A stretch of 20,000 bases of DNA from an uncultured virus (IMG/VR IMGVR_UViG_3300016662_000010). Lineage: Duplodnaviria > Heunggongvirae > Uroviricota > Caudoviricetes. The notes under the pieces are model-generated. The model was given only the letters and a program-made list of their open reading frames with translations. It made no database searches and was not told the DNA's origin. This document shows positions 7,729 through 15,310 of this stretch, one piece after another; positions within the stretch are counted from its first letter, which is position 1, and each line of letters starts with the position of its first letter. A program made the translations under genes and the position numbers. The stretch lies in IMG/VR virus record IMGVR_UViG_3300016662_000010, one strand, 5' to 3'.

Positions 7729-9529
7729 ATACGCCTTAGGCCTTACTTTATGGGATAAGCAGAAAGAAATTGTTGATGAATACTTCAATGGCACCAAAAC
7801 GCATGGTGTTTGGGCGCTTGGCCGCCGTTGTGTCACTGGAGACACGCTTATTACTACAAGTCAAGGAAACATAAAAATTAAAGAGTTAGCAGATCGCGGT
7901 GAGACGCTAACGCTAGAAGACGGAAGCAAATGGCAAACGTGTTCTGCACAAGTGGCCCAACTGGATGGCAGTTATGCTTCCGCAGAGCTTGTGCACGTTG
8001 GGGGAATAGAGCCAACCCGAAAAATTACACTAGCCAATGGCCTCTTTATTGCCGGCACTCTGGAACATCCCATCATGGTCATGGGAAGCAATGGAGCAGA
8101 ATGGAAGGAACTACAACATATCAAGACTGGCGATTTAGTTTTTACTGTTTCCATGAAAAGGAGCAATGGGCGAGAACTGGTGTCGGTAATTGGCAATGAC
8201 GAGAATGGGCTGCATCAAGTATTTGATCTACACGTTCCTAGTACAAATGCTTTTATTGGCAATGGCATCTGTAATCACAATAGCGGTAAAACTCTGCTTG
8301 CCGCAGTAGCGGCCCTCTATGTCTGCTTTGTCCTAGAAGAACGGTATAGGCGCAAAGTAAGAAAGAAAGAGAAGTGGTACATTGTCACTATTGCCAATGA
8401 TCAATCCCAAGCAAAGTTGGCCCTAAATAACATCCGTCAACTGCTCATTGACAGTCAGTTTGCCAAAGAAATCACCAGGGAAACTGCCACTGAAATTGAA
8501 ATCAGCAACGGCTGTGTATTCCAGGCAATTCCAGCCTCGGCCCGTGCTTCACGAGGTAAGGCCGTGGTCATGATCATCATGGATGAACTTGCGTTCAGCA
8601 TTGAAGGCGATGCCAACCGTGGCGCAAAGGCCATCTACACCGCTCTGTCCCCCTCCATTGCCCAGTTTGGTGACGATGGGCGAATCCTAGAGCTTTCATC
8701 GCCATGGCTCACGGACGGCCTGTTCTATGAACACTACTGCGAAGCTCAAAGTGGTGAATACAAGTTCATGCAAGCCATCAACATTCCAACATGGGAAATC
8801 AATCCCAACCTGCCGTGGGGCTGTAGTTTCTTAGAGGCAGAGCTTAAGCGCGATCCCGAGAAGTTCTGGGTGGAATATGGCGCCCAATTCTCCAAGAATC
8901 TATCAGCCTTGCTAGCGCCAGAAGTGGTGGAGGCAGCCGTAGACAAAAAGCGTGGCATCCTGTTGCCACAACGCGATTTCCAGAGCATGTACTACCTGGC
9001 CCTAGACCCCGCCAAAGGTGGTGTTGGCCGCGATAATTATACGGCAGCCATTGTCCACTACGAAGGTGAAACGCTAGTCGTGGACAAGTTCCATTCGTTT
9101 GATGCTGATTTTGAGATCAATGGTAAAAAGGAAGTCAATATCAAAGGAGTGGAGCAATGGATTGTGGAACACCATAAAGCCTATGGTTTCAAGGAAATTG
9201 TGCTTGACCAGTTCAATAGTGCTTCCACCATCCAAACGCTTGCCGAAAGTTTCCCAATTAGCGAACTGACGTGGAGTGTTTCCACTAAGATGAAGGCGTT
9301 TAGCAAGATGCGACAGTTGTTCAATGCTGGCCTGATCAGTCTCTATCCACATGAAATTGCAATCAAACAGATCAAAAACCTTAGCGTGGTGTATCGACAA
9401 TCAGGACAATGGACAGTGACTGGTGGTAAAGAAGCAAATGTTGACGACTATCCCTTTGCATTGGCTGCTGCCATCATGGTGGCATCAGAAGGTGATGATA
9501 TTGACTGGATCAATTCTTTAGTTCGCTAA
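7703..9529 (+). CDS. terL: Terminase large subunit, intein-containing
   Basis: Walker A GRR|SGKT split by an intein, Walker B MIIMDE, LSSP coupling motif, RNase H-like LALDPA...DN, DD near the C-terminus. Confidence 0.92.
   Translation: MLKCSQFAEYALGLTLWDKQKEIVDEYFNGTKTHGVWALGRRCVTGDTLITTSQGNIKIKELADRGETLTLEDGSKWQTCSAQVAQLDGSYASAELVHVGGIEPTRKITLANGLFIAGTLEHPIMVMGSNGAEWKELQHIKTGDLVFTVSMKRSNGRELVSVIGNDENGLHQVFDLHVPSTNAFIGNGICNHNSGKTLLAAVAALYVCFVLEERYRRKVRKKEKWYIVTIANDQSQAKLALNNIRQLLIDSQFAKEITRETATEIEISNGCVFQAIPASARASRGKAVVMIIMDELAFSIEGDANRGAKAIYTALSPSIAQFGDDGRILELSSPWLTDGLFYEHYCEAQSGEYKFMQAINIPTWEINPNLPWGCSFLEAELKRDPEKFWVEYGAQFSKNLSALLAPEVVEAAVDKKRGILLPQRDFQSMYYLALDPAKGGVGRDNYTAAIVHYEGETLVVDKFHSFDADFEINGKKEVNIKGVEQWIVEHHKAYGFKEIVLDQFNSASTIQTLAESFPISELTWSVSTKMKAFSKMRQLFNAGLISLYPHEIAIKQIKNLSVVYRQSGQWTVTGGKEANVDDYPFALAAAIMVASEGDDIDWINSLVR
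7829..8281 (+). mobile_element. Mini-intein (151 aa, no homing endonuclease)
   Basis: Begins CVTGDT, block B GTLEHPI, block F VFDLHV, ends HN followed by Ser+1. Removal restores GRRSGKT. Confidence 0.93.
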
Positions 9530-9564
9530 GGCTATTAGTATGGCAATAGTTTTCCCATGGTAAG

Positions 9565-9738
9565 GTGCTTGTTGACTTAGAGGCAAAAGAAATCACTTTC
9601 CTGCTGGCATTGCTTGATGCTGACAAGCAAACAGCATTGCAACTACTGGCAGCGGATCATTTTTATGAACCCAAGCTCCTGCCAAAGTTACGAAAAGCTG
9701 AAAGAGAAGCGCGGCGTCAAGCTCCAGAGGCAGGCTAG
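9565..9738 (+). CDS. Small hypothetical protein (57 aa)
   Basis: GTG-start ORF MLVDLEAKEITFLLALLDADKQTALQLLAADHFYEPKLLPKLRKAEREARRQAPEAG fills the gap after terL; below the ORF-track cutoff. Confidence 0.6.
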   Translation: MLVDLEAKEITFLLALLDADKQTALQLLAADHFYEPKLLPKLRKAEREARRQAPEAG

Positions 9739-9766
9739 ACTACAACAGAACGACTCGTCGCTTTCT

Positions 9767-10003
9767 ATGGCCCAGATTCTCAGCGCAAAAGCAGAAGCAG
9801 CCTGGCTTGAGCTTGTTGATGCTGCTTATGATGCCTGTGATGATGTGGATAGTGGCAACCCGTTTTTTTATTTGACCAGCCAGTATTCGCAATGCCTTGC
9901 AGAATACCATCAGGCAATGGAGGAAAACGATAGGGACTTATTCTGGGACAGGAAGTGCAGTGAAGATCCCAGTATGGTCGAATGCCGCATTTACGACTGC
10001 TGA
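9767..10003 (+). CDS. cp12: CP12-like protein (78 aa)
   Basis: C-terminal FWDRKCSEDPSMVECRIYDC matches the CP12 C-x8-C-RIYD motif; acidic. ATG 9767 follows a TAGACT -10-like hexamer. Confidence 0.65.
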   Translation: MAQILSAKAEAAWLELVDAAYDACDDVDSGNPFFYLTSQYSQCLAEYHQAMEENDRDLFWDRKCSEDPSMVECRIYDC

Positions 10004-10140
10004 TGGTTCGGCTTTGTTATTCCATGAAAGGCAAGCGATATGAGGCTTGCCTGTCTATCAAGGAAGCAATCAAACTAAATCAACGCCTATTAGCTGCTGG
10101 AGCGGCAGTGTATTGGACCGAACGACTTTCCCTTCCATAG
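10003..10140 (+). CDS. Small hypothetical protein (45 aa)
   Basis: TGATG coupling with the CP12-like gene; MVRLCYSMKGKRYEACLSIKEAIKLNQRLLAAGAAVYWTERLSLP. Confidence 0.55.
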   Translation: MVRLCYSMKGKRYEACLSIKEAIKLNQRLLAAGAAVYWTERLSLP

Positions 10141-10204
10141 CCCAACCGGAAGAGGCAGCGCCCTTAAAAGGCGTATAGTGTCAGTTCGACTCTGACTGGA
10201 GGGA
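10131..10204 (+). tRNA. trnL: tRNA-Leu(TAA), short variable arm, CCA not encoded
   Basis: Acceptor CCTTCCA/TGGAGGG, D arm GCC..GG..GGC, anticodon arm GCGCC-CT TAA AA-GGCGT, T arm GTCAG-TTCGACT-CTGAC, discriminator A. Confidence 0.88.
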
Positions 10205-10717
10205 TTCCATTTCAGCTTTTACCACTTCCCAGGCGATTGGGGCGAAATTGGTGTGCTCCACGCACACGGAATAGTAGAGCGGATCAATGGTACCGTCAAG
10301 TAGCGTGATACGTCCTGTATGCAAGTGGCCATGAATGTTGCCACGATACCGTTCTACTGAACCACGATGGCAAGGAATATGAGAAAACAGAAAGCGATCG
10401 TTGTTGACGAAAGCTCCCCGAATGTCATAGAAGAACTCTGTGTAGTCAGAGAGCCTAAAGATGTCGTGGTTGCCACGAATCAATGCTTTCTTTCCATTGA
10501 GACGGCCAAGGATTTTGAGAGACTGCCTAGGAATGGCCACGTCGCCTAGATGGTACACAGTATCTTGCGGCTTAACCACTGCATTCCACCGCTCTACCAT
10601 GGCTTCATCCATGGCTTCTACGGTATCCCACGGGCGAGTCTTGTTGCCATTGGCGTCAACAAAGGAGCAAGACTTAACGTGGCCAAAATGCGTATCAGAG
10701 ATCAGAAAGAGGCTCAT
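10181..10717 (-). CDS. Calcineurin-like metallophosphoesterase
   Basis: SDTHFGH, YHLGD, RGNHD, SHIP, HGHLH motifs. Confidence 0.92.
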   Translation of the reverse strand: MSLFLISDTHFGHVKSCSFVDANGNKTRPWDTVEAMDEAMVERWNAVVKPQDTVYHLGDVAIPRQSLKILGRLNGKKALIRGNHDIFRLSDYTEFFYDIRGAFVNNDRFLFSHIPCHRGSVERYRGNIHGHLHTGRITLLDGTIDPLYYSVCVEHTNFAPIAWEVVKAEMESLQSESN

Positions 10718-11135
10718 GGAGATTGGAGTTATCTTGAACTGTTAATTCACGTTCGTTGAAGTCTACTTCAATTTGCAAACCATTGATATGTACCACGGCA
10801 TAACCAAGTGAAGGATAGTTGTGCACTGAATTGCTGAAACGACTAACAACAGTTATGTGTTGTTCTTGAGCTTCTGTTTCTTGTGCACTGGGAACAGCAT
10901 TGTCTTCGGGTTTATCAGCCGGAGCTTCGGTGACTTCCTCTTCGTCTGGTAGGAGCCTGAGCAGTTCAAACATTGGGTACGCATAATGAATGTTGCTTTG
11001 GCCTTCGTGATGGTAGTGATACCAAATGCCACCAATGAGAGCAGACCTGTCTTCAAGGCCCAAAACAGTCACCACTTTTCCGTCCGCCCTTTTCCAGCGT
11101 TGCCCCAGTTTTAAGATTTCCTTGCTGAACTCCAC
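10695..11135 (-). CDS. Hypothetical protein (146 aa)
   Basis: Likely GTG start at 11135 (VEFSKEILK), just downstream of a predicted promoter. The longer ORF-track version crosses a terminator and a tRNA-like element. Confidence 0.65.
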   Translation of the reverse strand: MEFSKEILKLGQRWKRADGKVVTVLGLEDRSALIGGIWYHYHHEGQSNIHYAYPMFELLRLLPDEEEVTEAPADKPEDNAVPSAQETEAQEQHITVVSRFSNSVHNYPSLGYAVVHINGLQIEVDFNERELTVQDNSNLHEPLSDL

Positions 11136-11162
11136 GATTGCTCTATTGCGGCGTGCCCTGCG

Positions 11163-11191
11163 AGAATACCATGGACAGAACGGGAATGCAA
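11163..11191 (-). promoter_or_regulatory. Sigma70-like promoter
   Basis: TTGCAT-N17-TATTCT with extended -10 TG. Confidence 0.6.
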
Positions 11192-11224
11192 GAAAAAGGC
11201 CCCGGGATTGCCGTCCCGAGACCT
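11190..11224 (-). terminator. Rho-independent terminator
   Basis: AGGTCTCGGGA-CGGCAA-TCCCGGGGCCT followed by TTTTCTT; the G-U pairs work only on the minus strand. Confidence 0.8.
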
Positions 11225-11276
11225 GAGGTGATTCACAACCGAACCGGGGAGAGAGGCCCCAGCCCATCAGATCATA

Positions 11277-11351
11277 ACACCCAGGCGGGATTTGAACCCA
11301 CATCGTCCTGCAGCAGCAGAACCGTCTTGTCCAGTTAGCTCGGACTAGGTG
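11277..11351 (-). tRNA. Degenerate tRNA or tRNA-like element, anticodon undetermined
   Basis: Acceptor CACCTAG/CTGGGTG, T arm GTGGG-TTCAAAT-CCCGC, D-loop-like AACTGGA; the anticodon arm GTTCTG-CTGCTG-CAGGAC lacks a canonical 7-nt loop. Confidence 0.55.
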
Positions 11352-11665
11352 AGCAGCCTCCCGATTTGAGCATCGTTGAGAGGCTTGGGAGGATGGGTCC
11401 GTTGCAGTGGGGCTCGAAAGTCCATGCCAGTGGAACCATACTGTTCAGAAGGCGTCCCTTCTGGCCCGCAATCACGGGACTTATCCCAGACCAGGAAAGA
11501 ACGAACTAGAGTCGAACTTTAGAACTGGCTGGACTCCATCGACAGAGCAATGGAGGGAAAGCAATTCCAGTTGCCGGTCATTCCACCCCTGGGATGGAGT
11601 GGGAGTCGAACCCACAAAGGCCAGCCCCTAGGGGCCGCTGGGAGTTCCACCCAGATTGCTCATTG

Positions 11666-11694
11666 ACTATAGCGTCACTTGAGCCCTATGGCAA
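11666..11694 (-). promoter_or_regulatory. Sigma70-like promoter for the ncRNA unit
   Basis: TTGCCA-N17-TATAGT. Confidence 0.7.
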
Positions 11695-11750
11695 TGGTGA
11701 TGGGCTGACCGTGCCGCCCTCTAGGCTATCTGCCTAGCGCGTACAGAGGA

Positions 11751-12833
11751 TCAGCCTCCATCATTGGCTATTGTAGCTATACGACGCTGGCTAATTTCGT
11801 AGTACGCCTGTTCCTTCTCTATTCCAATAAAGCCAAACCCTTCCTCAGCAGCCGCAATGCCAGTCGTTCCACTGCCCATAAATGGGTCAAGGACGGTCCC
11901 GCCTGGGGGAGTCACAAGACGGCACAAGTAGCGCATTAGACTGAGAGGTTTGACAGTGGGATGATTGTTGCCTTCTCCACGTTCGCGCTTACTGGTTTTG
12001 GAGCAGTAGAAAAAGCGGGCAGCAGAGCCTAGTTGAACCACTACCTCGTCGCTGCCATTGTGGAGCAAGTTGGCGGGCCAGCGGCCAATGGATTCACCAG
12101 GGCGCTGCTCGTTGTAACTAGCGGGCCTGGCCGGCGTCTCCCAACCAGTCGCGCCAGTCGATGCGTTTGGGGCTGCGTGAGTGCGTCGCTCAACAGATGG
12201 TGATGGCTCGCCTTCCACCCTGCATCCATCCACGTTGATCCCTCCAGTCCCCCATTGCAGCACATTGGCAGCAACGGTTCCCTTAAATGGTTTGCGGGCC
12301 ATGGTGATAATTTCAGTGGCTGGTTTCAATGCCGTGCCCCATCCCTCCCATCGCTTTGCCTCATCAGTGACAGGTGCTGTGATCATCGCGCTATCTGGCA
12401 TTCCCACTGCACTCATGTTCAGCGAATTACCTCCAGCCTTGTTGCCAGCGGGATTGGGATGAAGGCCAATCACAGTTCGCTCTACGCCAGCGGCCTTGTC
12501 CAAGGCCTTGCTGATGTCCAATGACTTGGGAAATCCACTGCCATAATGCCACATCACAAGATCCCTAATCTCAAATCCTGCATCTTCAATTTTGATTGCC
12601 ATTCGATGCTGAGTACGAGTGCCAGCAAAAGCCAATAAGTGTCCACCAGGCTTCAAGACTCGCAAGCATTCAGCCCATATCTCCTCACTTGGCACGTCAT
12701 AATCCCATTTCTTGCCCATGAAAGAAAGGCCATACGGAGGGTCTGTGACAATGGCGTCAACAGAAGCATCAGGCATGGCCTTGAGTTCGTCTAGGCAGTC
12801 ACCATGAATCAAATGGGACGATGGAGAAGGCAT
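11751..12833 (-). CDS. DNA methyltransferase (N6-adenine/N4-cytosine, beta-type order)
   Basis: VTDPPY, RVLKPGG, GRWPAN, HPTVKP, LDPFMGSGTTG. Confidence 0.93.
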   Translation of the reverse strand: MPSPSSHLIHGDCLDELKAMPDASVDAIVTDPPYGLSFMGKKWDYDVPSEEIWAECLRVLKPGGHLLAFAGTRTQHRMAIKIEDAGFEIRDLVMWHYGSGFPKSLDISKALDKAAGVERTVIGLHPNPAGNKAGGNSLNMSAVGMPDSAMITAPVTDEAKRWEGWGTALKPATEIITMARKPFKGTVAANVLQWGTGGINVDGCRVEGEPSPSVERRTHAAPNASTGATGWETPARPASYNEQRPGESIGRWPANLLHNGSDEVVVQLGSAARFFYCSKTSKRERGEGNNHPTVKPLSLMRYLCRLVTPPGGTVLDPFMGSGTTGIAAAEEGFGFIGIEKEQAYYEISQRRIATIANDGG

Positions 12834-12859
12834 TGATTAGCACAAAGTCGTACCAGCAC

Positions 12860-13126
12860 AGCTTATCGCCCATAGCTCGGTTGCGAAGTTGATGGCTCAA
12901 TGACTACAGCGCCTACTGGTTTCGTGGCAAAGGTACTCGTTTGCTGATTCGGGGAACTACAAACTTGGTCACTTTTTCAATCTCTTCTCTCCCGACCCTG
13001 CTCATTAGTATGTCATAAGCGCTGACAAAAGCAACTCCAGAACGAGAGACTTTGATTTCAGGCTTCTCAAACTTTGCTTCAGACATGAATAGCTTATCGC
13101 CCATAGCTCGGTTGCGAAGTTGATGG
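12860..13126. repeat. Perfect 36-bp direct repeat (12860-12895 and 13091-13126)
   Basis: AGCTTATCGCCCATAGCTCGGTTGCGAAGTTGATGG in both copies; it duplicates the 3' end of the RNR beta gene. Confidence 0.95.
12913..13086 (-). CDS. Small hypothetical protein (57 aa) between the direct repeats
   Basis: ATG 13086 lies 7 nt after the RNR beta stop; MSEAKFEKPEIKVSRSGVAFVSAYDILMS... Confidence 0.55.
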   Translation of the reverse strand: MSEAKFEKPEIKVSRSGVAFVSAYDILMSRVGREEIEKVTKFVVPRISKRVPLPRNQ

Positions 13127-13834
13127 TGACTCAAAGAACGAAATCATCCGGCTTGCACGCGATTCCACCATGTCAGGCGCTTTGCCCTTTTCGTACAAGC
13201 TATCACTTTGCCGCAGCCAGAAGTCTTTATCTAACCACTTGTCTGCATTAGCTCCAAGACAATCAAAAAGCCATAGTGCAGTGGCACGTCTCAAGCGGTT
13301 AAGGCTATTCGTTGTAGCTTCATTCAACTCTGCGGCCAGCAAGCTATTGACTCCTACATGCACTTGTTCATCGCGGCTAATATCTTGGCTGACAGTCCTC
13401 ATGCCAATATCGCCATTAAATCGAAAGAACGGCAAGGCAACAAAGAAAATGGACCGCTCCAGAATAGCAGCCTTAAGGATGGGATGGGCGGGATGCTCCA
13501 TCCAAGCCTTGCGAATGGACTGGGCTTCTGCTTCGGCCTTGTCGTCAGTGCCATGGGCAAGAGCAACGTAGTTCAGGGCCTGATCATGCCGTTCTTCGTC
13601 CTCTTGATTGCTCAGCAGCGCCTCAACGATGCCTGGAGTGGCGGGAAGCTCCTTTGCCATGCCTTGCTCCAAAAGCTCAGCCACAGGCAGTTCTAGGGCT
13701 CTCAGGGCCAGACAGCGAAACAACGTATCGCCAGCGCCGTCTTTCACTGCGCCTTTGTCCACGGCCACAGCAGACCATGGCCGCTTTTTACTAATCATGT
13801 TGGAATAGGGAGAAGCCAAGGCAGAAGAAGTCAC
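13094..13834 (-). CDS. nrdB: Ferritin-like ribonucleotide reductase beta subunit (cyanophage P-SSP7/P60 type)
   Basis: Dimetal ligands LEL, DEERH, LERSIFF, DEQVH; adjacent to the alpha subunit; likely start GTG 13834. Confidence 0.8.
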   Translation of the reverse strand: MTSSALASPYSNMISKKRPWSAVAVDKGAVKDGAGDTLFRCLALRALELPVAELLEQGMAKELPATPGIVEALLSNQEDEERHDQALNYVALAHGTDDKAEAEAQSIRKAWMEHPAHPILKAAILERSIFFVALPFFRFNGDIGMRTVSQDISRDEQVHVGVNSLLAAELNEATTNSLNRLRRATALWLFDCLGANADKWLDKDFWLRQSDSLYEKGKAPDMVESRASRMISFFESPSTSQPSYGR

Positions 13835-13856
13835 AATGGAGAAAGCAATAGGGACT

Positions 13857-13883
13857 AAAAAGGGGGCCGAATTAGTGGCCCCC
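13857..13883 (-). terminator. Terminator-like hairpin between RNR alpha and beta
   Basis: GGGGGCC-ACTAATTC-GGCCCCC-TTTTT. Confidence 0.7.
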
Positions 13884-13906
13884 AAAGTTAAAAGCGGGAG
13901 CCAGTA

Positions 13907-15304
13907 TTATTCGCTACAGGACGTGCATTGTTGCCCTTGCGGCAAGTAATCTTCTAAGCCAAACAGTTCCTTGAACTCATCATCCAATGCCACGTAGGCA
14001 TCATCTTTAGCTTGAATGTTTGGCATTACAGGCAGGGCATAATACAGGCTGGTTTGTGGACTTACCAGCCAATCACGAAGGAACGCTTCGTCACATTGAA
14101 CCATGTCTGACCACCAGTTATAGGAATAACCGTGGAACAGACCAGTCGCTTGCATCATGCTAACAATGCCATTGGCTACGCGCTTGTATACGTCCCATCC
14201 CACTTCTGATGCAATTTCCACTTCGCCATAGTCAAAAGACTCAACGCCAAAAGTACCACTATCGCGGTCAACAGTTTGACCAATGGGCGGAGCAATTTCG
14301 GGGGCAGTAGTGAAACCTTTGCTATCAAGATGGCGATAGGCGCAAGAGGCAGTGGGAGCAATGCAAAAAGCACGTTCCATTTCGTTGGCACGAGCAATTT
14401 CAGCGGCCTCGTTAATACCTGCCCGAATCAAGGCGACCAAAGCATTGGCATCTGGACGGTCTGATTTCCCTTCCAAGGCATCAGCAAAGTTTGCATAGCT
14501 AATGCCATGAATGGCAAGGCAGTTCGCCAATCCCAGCAAGCCAAGGCCCACTTGACGATCAATGGAAGGAAGCAGATATTCGCCAGTGTTACCAACACCG
14601 GTCCTACTGTGCAGTTCACACAGTTGCGCCATGCCTTGCCTAAACACGCCACGGAACTGTTCGGGCTCCATGATGGACAAAGCTCCAAGATTGACGTGCT
14701 GCAAGAGGCAAGTGCCGCGATGGGGCAGCAGGACTTCCAAGCAGACATTCCCGTAAATGCGGGCGCCACTATCATCAGTCTTCATCTTTGTCAGCCACAC
14801 ATCGCCATTCGTGATGCCTTTAATCGCGGCAGCAATTAATTCGGGTGATGCTTTGTCTAGGAAATGATTATCAACATTCAAGCAGCGTTTCGCCCATGGA
14901 AACAAAGCTCGTGGTGCTGAAACAAACTTAATGGCATCAGGATGGGAATAGTCAAGATGCAACACTACTGCCCCATTCTTGAACTTACCACCACGACGCA
15001 GCACTTCATTGAGCTTGCTGTAAATCATGCCGAAACTAACAGGCCCACTGGCAACAAGCCCTTTTCCATTGTCACTACCCTCGGGGCGCAGTTTAGACAA
15101 ATGAACGGCAACTCCAGCACCATTCCGCAAACCATGCGAAACAAAACGCCATGACGCTTCAATACCATCTTCATCTTCCATGCCATCATTAACCACGAAA
15201 ACAGTACATGATACTGGCAGACGACCTGATGGATCATCAAGCCAATCTTGCACGCGACCAGTACGAGCAATGGGCAAGCAGCGAGCGTTGTCTTTGAGCG
15301 CCAT
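13907..15304 (-). CDS. nrdA: Minimal ribonucleotide reductase catalytic (alpha) subunit, cyanophage type
   Basis: IARTGRVQDW, LPVSCTVF, RRGG, NVCLEV finger loop, CLL, IAPTASC, SLYY, C-terminal CxxC. Confidence 0.9.
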   Translation of the reverse strand: MALKDNARCLPIARTGRVQDWLDDPSGRLPVSCTVFVVNDGMEDEDGIEASWRFVSHGLRNGAGVAVHLSKLRPEGSDNGKGLVASGPVSFGMIYSKLNEVLRRGGKFKNGAVVLHLDYSHPDAIKFVSAPRALFPWAKRCLNVDNHFLDKASPELIAAAIKGITNGDVWLTKMKTDDSGARIYGNVCLEVLLPHRGTCLLQHVNLGALSIMEPEQFRGVFRQGMAQLCELHSRTGVGNTGEYLLPSIDRQVGLGLLGLANCLAIHGISYANFADALEGKSDRPDANALVALIRAGINEAAEIARANEMERAFCIAPTASCAYRHLDSKGFTTAPEIAPPIGQTVDRDSGTFGVESFDYGEVEIASEVGWDVYKRVANGIVSMMQATGLFHGYSYNWWSDMVQCDEAFLRDWLVSPQTSLYYALPVMPNIQAKDDAYVALDDEFKELFGLEDYLPQGQQCTSCSE

Positions 15305-15310
15305 AGACAG

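Larger units (their letters stand above)
11190..11660 (-). ncRNA. Candidate ~470-nt structured non-coding RNA with multiple tRNA-like modules
   Basis: Bounded by a promoter and a terminator, no convincing ORF, three TTCRA(C/A)T T-loops and many hairpins. Confidence 0.6.

Noticed and set aside
9614..9766. N-terminal extension of the 129-aa ORF
   Set aside because: It overlaps a better 57-aa ORF in another frame; ATG 9767 is preferred
11136..11303. N-terminal 56 codons of the 202-aa ORF
   Set aside because: They run through a tRNA-like element, a terminator and a promoter; GTG 11135 is the more plausible start
11277..11652. tmRNA (one-piece or permuted two-piece)
   Set aside because: A T arm and G3-U70 are present, but there is no A73/CCA, no GGATTCGAC-like 5' motif and no tag frame ending in AA-stop
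11751..12833. Restriction-modification system
   Set aside because: No adjacent endonuclease; orphan methyltransferases are common in phages
12860..13126. CRISPR mini-array (36-bp repeats)
   Set aside because: Only two copies, a 195-bp spacer, the repeat is coding sequence of RNR beta, and no cas genes are present
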